This document shows, piece by piece, positions 42,730 through 46,871 of a stretch of 46,871 nucleotides of DNA. Positions within the stretch are counted from its first letter, which is position 1, and every line of letters begins with the position of its first letter. Under the pieces are notes generated by a model, which was not told the origin of the DNA, made no database searches, and was given only the letters and a program-made list of their open reading frames with translations. This DNA is from Candidatus Methylomirabilota bacterium (GTDB lineage Bacteria > Methylomirabilota > Methylomirabilia > Methylomirabilales > JACRGL01): positions 1 to 46,871 of the forward strand of contig JACRGL010000111.1 of NCBI GenBank assembly GCA_016212365.1. The letters run 5' to 3'. Made by a program: the position numbers and the translations under genes.

Positions 42730-43656
42730 GTGAAAATGGGGAAGGGAATAATTCAGGCCCGGGATCTGGTCAAGCGCTTCGGCGAGCTGACTGCTGTAGA
42801 TGGGATCTCCTTTGTGGTCAGGGAAGGGGAATGCCTTGGCTTCCTGGGGCCTAACGGGGCAGGGAAGACCACCACTATCCGAATGATTTACGCAATATCC
42901 CCCCTTACCGCTGGCGAGCTCTATGTGGCTGATTACGACATACGCCACCATCCCCGAAAGATCAAAGGGATGATCGGGGTTGTCCCCCAGGAGAACAACC
43001 TGGACCCCGACCTCACCGTCCTTGAGAACCTTCTGGTCTATGCCCGCTACTTTGAAATTCACAAGCAGGAAGCAGTGAGGCGGGCTTTCGAACTCCTCGA
43101 CTTCTTGGAGCTACGAGAGAAGAAGGATCGCCTCATCGAGGAGCTCTCGGCGGGGATGAAGAGACGCCTAATCATCGCCAGGGCCCTCATCCAACGGCCC
43201 AGGATCCTTATCCTGGACGAGCCTACCACTGGCCTGGACCCCCAGGCCCGTCACCTCATCTGGCAGCGCCTCCGCTCCTTAAAGCGGGAAGGGGTCACCC
43301 AAATCCTCACCACCCATTACATGGAGGAAGCAACTCAGCTCTGCGACCGTGTGGCCATCATGGATCAGGGAATGATCCTCCGGCTCGGAAGCCCCCAAGA
43401 GCTAGTAGCTGCAGAGGTAGGGGAAGAGGTTATTGAGCTCCAGGTGGGGGAAGACGAGGAGGCCAGAATAAAGGGTTTCCTCGAAGGTAGCCCTTTCATC
43501 TGGGAGCAGGCCGGGGACACCCTTTACCTTTACTGCTCCAACGGGAGGGAGGTCCTGGCCTCTCTGGCAAGGTACCCCCATTTAAGGCTGGTCCACAGGC
43601 CCGCTACCCTGGAGGACCTCTTCCTCAAGCTAACGGGCAGGAGGCTACGCGAATAA
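42730..43656 (+). CDS. ABC transporter ATP-binding protein (ABC-2/DrrA-NodI type)
   Basis: 308 aa (GTG 42730, alternative ATG 42736). Walker A GPNGAGKTT, signature LSAGMKRRL, Walker [13 protein letters not shown]. Confidence 0.92.
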   Translation: MKMGKGIIQARDLVKRFGELTAVDGISFVVREGECLGFLGPNGAGKTTTIRMIYAISPLTAGELYVADYDIRHHPRKIKGMIGVVPQENNLDPDLTVLENLLVYARYFEIHKQEAVRRAFELLDFLELREKKDRLIEELSAGMKRRLIIARALIQRPRILILDEPTTGLDPQARHLIWQRLRSLKREGVTQILTTHYMEEATQLCDRVAIMDQGMILRLGSPQELVAAEVGEEVIELQVGEDEEARIKGFLEGSPFIWEQAGDTLYLYCSNGREVLASLARYPHLRLVHRPATLEDLFLKLTGRRLRE

Positions 43657-43669
43657 ACTTGGTTGACCT

Positions 43670-44479
43670 TTGACGTCAATGGGTGGAGGCTCTATGTATA
43701 GGGAATTATTGGCCCTTTCCTGGCCGAGTTGGCGCGCCTACCGGGTTTGGCAGCGAAACCTCGACTCCTACCGCAGATACTATTGGGCCAGCCTGGTGGG
43801 CAACCTGGGTGAGCCCTTCCTCTATCTTCTAGCCATGGGATACGGGCTTGGCTCATACATTGGAGAGATCGAGGGTATGAGCTACCTTCAATACCTTGCC
43901 CCTGGCCTTCTGGTTTCCTCAGCTATGTTTGCCGCCACCTTTGAGGGCACCTACGGCACATACCTCCGGATGGCCCATCTTAAGACCTACGAGGCCATTC
44001 TGGCCACGCCCCTCACCCTTCAGGATGTAGTGTTGGGAGACCTCCTCTGGGCCACTACAAAGGGCCTGATAAGCGGATTAATTATGCTCCTGGTTCTCCT
44101 ACCCTTCGGCCTCCTCCCTTCCCCTTGGGCCCTCCTTTTGCCCCTAGTCCTCATTGTGGTAGGGCTCCTCTTCTCCGCCCTTGCCATGGTGGTCGCCGCC
44201 CTCAGCCCCAATTGGGAGTTCTTTAACTACTACCTCACCCTCTTCATTTCCCCTATGTTCTTCTTCTCCGGGGTCTTCTTCCCTTTGACTAATTTCCCAT
44301 CCTGGGTAAAGGGGGTCTCGGCCTTCCTCCCCCTCACCTATGCAGTTGCCCTCAGCCGGGCCTTGACTATGGGGGAGGTAAGCGTTTCCCTCCTGGCGCC
44401 CCTCCTCTGGATGCTTCTACCCACCCTCCTATTTGGCTGCATCTCCCTTAGCCTCATCCGACGCCGAATCATCAAATAA
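43670..44479 (+). CDS. ABC-2 type transporter permease
   Basis: The track ORF begins at TTG 43670, but ATG 43694 (MYRELLALSW) follows GGAGG and is the more likely start. It has six hydrophobic segments and the ABC-2 membrane pattern, and sits directly downstream of the ATPase. Confidence 0.88.
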   Translation: MTSMGGGSMYRELLALSWPSWRAYRVWQRNLDSYRRYYWASLVGNLGEPFLYLLAMGYGLGSYIGEIEGMSYLQYLAPGLLVSSAMFAATFEGTYGTYLRMAHLKTYEAILATPLTLQDVVLGDLLWATTKGLISGLIMLLVLLPFGLLPSPWALLLPLVLIVVGLLFSALAMVVAALSPNWEFFNYYLTLFISPMFFFSGVFFPLTNFPSWVKGVSAFLPLTYAVALSRALTMGEVSVSLLAPLLWMLLPTLLFGCISLSLIRRRIIK

Positions 44480-44537
44480 TCCTTGACAAGGAGAAGACAT
44501 ATTAGAGGGCTGAGGCCATCAGCGGTCCGCCGCCCAT

Positions 44538-45872
44538 TCATAGTGCCGCCCTCTTAGTGAGCGCGGCTACCGCCTCGATATGGTAGGTCTGGGGATAGAG
44601 GTCCAGGGGCTGGACCTCGAGGCACCTGTAGCCCCGGCTACAGAAGCGCGAGAGGTCTCGAGCCAGGGTGCTGGGGTCACAAGAAACGTATATAATCCTT
44701 TCGGGCTTAAGTCGCAAGAGGCCCTCCAGGGCTCGCCTAGTGAGACCCTGGCGGGGGGGATCCAAGACCACCAGGTCCCATTTATCCCTCACCAGGGAAG
44801 ACTCCAGGGCCTCTTCCAACGCCATATTCCAAACCTCGCAGTTTTCGATCCCATTTGCCCCTAGATTATACAGGGCATCGGCCACTGCCTGCATATCAAG
44901 CTCCACTCCCACCGTCCTCTTGGACCTCTGGGCCAGAGGAAGGGTGAAGGTGCCAACCCCAGCATAGAGGTCCAGGACCGCCTCCTCACCGGTCAGGGCA
45001 GCGTATTCTAAGACCTTATCCACTAATGCCTCAGCCGCGGCCGTAGCCACCTGAAAGAAGGAACCAGCACTAACGCATAGATGGAGCCCACCGACTCCCG
45101 CAGTGACATGGCCCCGGCCCCAAACACTGATAGAGCTCTTGCCTTCCTTTCGCTCCTTATCTTGATAGACGATCCCTTGGAGGAAAGGCAGTTCGGGCCT
45201 CAGGCTTTGCCCCACGAACTCACCCACCTTGGTCTCCATCCTAGGACCCAGGAGGTAAAGCAGGACCTCCTTTTCGCCGGCACCAGCTATAAGTTGAATC
45301 TCGTGCAAGGAAGAGAGGAGGCTGGGCAGCCTGGGATCCCTTGCCAACAGGCCACGGAGGATGGTGAGGACTTGGTTCAGGCACCCTTGGAGGAGGGGGC
45401 ACTCGCTCACCTCCACCACCTGATTGGAGCGGCTCTTGTAAAACCCCAGGATAAGACCCCTACCCCCGGCCTCGATTTTGAGCTGGGCCCGAGCCCGGTA
45501 GTTCCAAGGGCTTAAAGGGGCCAAGGTAGGGTGGATAGGGACCTCTGGGATCCTCCCCACCTTCGCCAGCAATTCCTGTAGGATTGTCCTTTTTGCCTTC
45601 ACCTGGGCCTGGTATTCCAGGTGCTGCCAATGGCAGCCCCCGCACCTCCCGAATATAGGGCAAAGGGGATTGCCTCGCAGAGGCGAAGGCTCTAAGACCT
45701 CCAAGGCTTGGGCCCGAAGGAAATCGGGCTTCGCCTCCGTAATCCGGGCCAGGACCCGGTCTCCAGGGGCTGTGAAAGGGACAAAGACCGCTCTGCCCTC
45801 CTTGTCCCGTCCCAGGCCGTCGCCCCGGTAAACCAGTTTCTCGATGGTTAATGGGATTGCCTCGTTTTTGAT
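44538..45872 (-). CDS. TRAM-domain 23S rRNA (uracil-5-)-methyltransferase, RlmD/RumA family
   Basis: The track ORF (TTG 45704) lacks the TRAM domain. The same frame is open to 45887 and encodes IKNEAIPLTIEKLVYRGDGLGRDKEGRAVFVPFTAPGDRVLARITEAKPDF (TRAM). The 5' end is set at ATC 45872, 7 nt after GGGAGGGAG (tentative). The 4Fe-4S Cys cluster CPIFGRCGGCHWQH, SAM motif DLYAGVGTF and catalytic YVSCDP are present. Confidence 0.88.
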   Translation of the reverse strand: MKNEAIPLTIEKLVYRGDGLGRDKEGRAVFVPFTAPGDRVLARITEAKPDFLRAQALEVLEPSPLRGNPLCPIFGRCGGCHWQHLEYQAQVKAKRTILQELLAKVGRIPEVPIHPTLAPLSPWNYRARAQLKIEAGGRGLILGFYKSRSNQVVEVSECPLLQGCLNQVLTILRGLLARDPRLPSLLSSLHEIQLIAGAGEKEVLLYLLGPRMETKVGEFVGQSLRPELPFLQGIVYQDKERKEGKSSISVWGRGHVTAGVGGLHLCVSAGSFFQVATAAAEALVDKVLEYAALTGEEAVLDLYAGVGTFTLPLAQRSKRTVGVELDMQAVADALYNLGANGIENCEVWNMALEEALESSLVRDKWDLVVLDPPRQGLTRRALEGLLRLKPERIIYVSCDPSTLARDLSRFCSRGYRCLEVQPLDLYPQTYHIEAVAALTKRAAL

Positions 45873-45931
45873 TTGATTTCTCCCTCCCTTTGGCCTATCC
45901 TATCGGGGATTATCCTAAAGGGGGCAGATGG

Positions 45932-46798
45932 ATGATTAAGACCAGGATTCATAAACCTGTGGATGCCCTCTCCTTCTTTTTCCTCCTCTTCCTTGTCCTT
46001 CTGGTGTTACTCTATTACGACCGGATCCCCGACCTCTGGCCCCGCATGGTCCGATATTTCTTATTAATGGGCCTCCTCGCAGGCCCGGTCTATGCCCGAG
46101 GAGTCTGGGATGGCCCCTTCCTCCGGTTTCTCCACTCCTTTATGCCTGTGGCCCTCGTCGCCCTGATCTACGACTCCATGGATATGGTCCCATACATCAA
46201 TCCCCAGGACCGGGATGGCTGGCTCATCCAGCTTGACCTCTATCTCCTCGGCACTCATCCTACTGTGTGGCTAGAACGAATCACCGCACCCTGGCTCACC
46301 GAGCTAATGCAGGTATCCTATACCGCCTACTATTTCATGCCCATTATCCTGGCCGGGGTCCTTTACCGGCAGGGCCGGGATGAGGAGTTCGATATCACCG
46401 TTTTTAGCACTATCCTTAGCCTCTATATCTCCTTTATCGGCTACATGTTGGTCCCGGCCCTGGGACCACGCTTCACCCTCGCCAATTTACAAAAAATAGA
46501 ACTCAAGGGTCTCCTCCTGGCAGAGCCCATCCGCCAAACCCTGGACTTCCTGGAAGGGATCAAGCGAGACGCCTTCCCCAGCGGCCACACGGCAGTGGTT
46601 GTTGTCGTCCTCTACTTCGCCCACCGTTACCAGCGGAGCCTCTATTATATATTTCTCCCCTTCGTATTAGCCCTCGTCTTTTCTACGGTCTATGCCCGCT
46701 ACCACTATGTAGTGGACGTCCTGGCCGGCCTTTTATTGGCGCTGTTCTGCGTCCTCCTGGGCCCGCGCCTTTCTGCCACTTTTAAAAGGCTCATCTAG
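45932..46798 (+). CDS. PAP2_C-type membrane protein (sphingomyelin/IPC-synthase-like phosphatidyl transferase fold)
   Basis: Start taken at ATG 45932 (MIKTRIHKP), with AAGGGGG upstream. It is polytopic, with motifs FPSGHTAVV and ARYHYVVDVLAG matching the SGHT and HYxxDV catalytic motifs of the PAP2_C subfamily. Confidence 0.75.
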   Translation: MIKTRIHKPVDALSFFFLLFLVLLVLLYYDRIPDLWPRMVRYFLLMGLLAGPVYARGVWDGPFLRFLHSFMPVALVALIYDSMDMVPYINPQDRDGWLIQLDLYLLGTHPTVWLERITAPWLTELMQVSYTAYYFMPIILAGVLYRQGRDEEFDITVFSTILSLYISFIGYMLVPALGPRFTLANLQKIELKGLLLAEPIRQTLDFLEGIKRDAFPSGHTAVVVVVLYFAHRYQRSLYYIFLPFVLALVFSTVYARYHYVVDVLAGLLLALFCVLLGPRLSATFKRLI

Positions 46799-46871
46799 AC
46801 CTCACCCTCGAAGACCCGATACCGCTTGTAAGGCCTGGCTCCCCAAAAGGCCGCCACCCGGTGGAGGAGGA
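46795..46871 (-). CDS. 3' end of an unidentified convergent gene (partial)
   Basis: A minus-strand frame is open from the window edge: ...LLHRVAAFWGARPYKRYRVFEGEV, stop TAG at 46795-46797. It overlaps the plus-strand stop in CTAG. Too short to identify. Confidence 0.2.
   Translation of the reverse strand, partial: LLHRVAAFWGARPYKRYRVFEGEV

Overview
This is a chromosomal core window from a GC-rich bacterium. No rRNA, tRNA or CRISPR array was seen, and the lineage cannot be assigned from this sequence alone. The window opens in the 3' end of uvrA and crosses an oriC-like spacer with AT tracts and a cluster of DnaA boxes, followed by dnaA. From about 11.2 kb to 40.1 kb it is one uninterrupted minus-strand array of housekeeping genes: GDPD, comM, CBS, yraN, rnhB, DUF502, rplS-trmD-rimM-KH-rpsP-ffh, DUF2062, TPR, glycerate kinase, thpR, M48 protease, cinA, pgpA, a three-gene two-component/c-di-GMP cluster, lolA, ftsK, rnj, lon-hsp20-galU. 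It ends with plus-strand genes: a B12/radical-SAM protein, csp, an ABC-2 exporter pair and a PAP2-like membrane protein. A TRAM/RumA-type rRNA methyltransferase lies on the minus strand between them.

Four regions are not ordinary housekeeping:
1. A RAYT-like HUH/Y1 transposase gene with a C-terminal DnaA-domain-IV-like HTH sits 45 bp behind dnaA and is tightly bracketed by inverted GGGGTCA-type repeats.
2. A lower-GC 1.6-kb insertion (9.5-11.1 kb) has removed the 5' half of a DJ-1/PfpI gene. It carries a CI/LexA-like XRE-S24 repressor, back-to-back promoters and unknown small ORFs, one of them a 122-aa HExxH mini-zincin.
3. A B12-binding radical SAM enzyme carries a C-terminal STAS-like domain. 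A csp gene follows, and its strong promoter lies upstream of a terminator-like hairpin.
4. The repeat content is dense: two families of palindromic REP-like elements, tandem heptanucleotide tracts at gene junctions, and a 107-nt near-identical segment shared by two adjacent histidine kinase genes.

Two conserved genes, trmD and the rRNA methyltransferase, have no canonical start codon upstream of their conserved N-termini. All homology calls come from motif recognition by eye; no database search was run.
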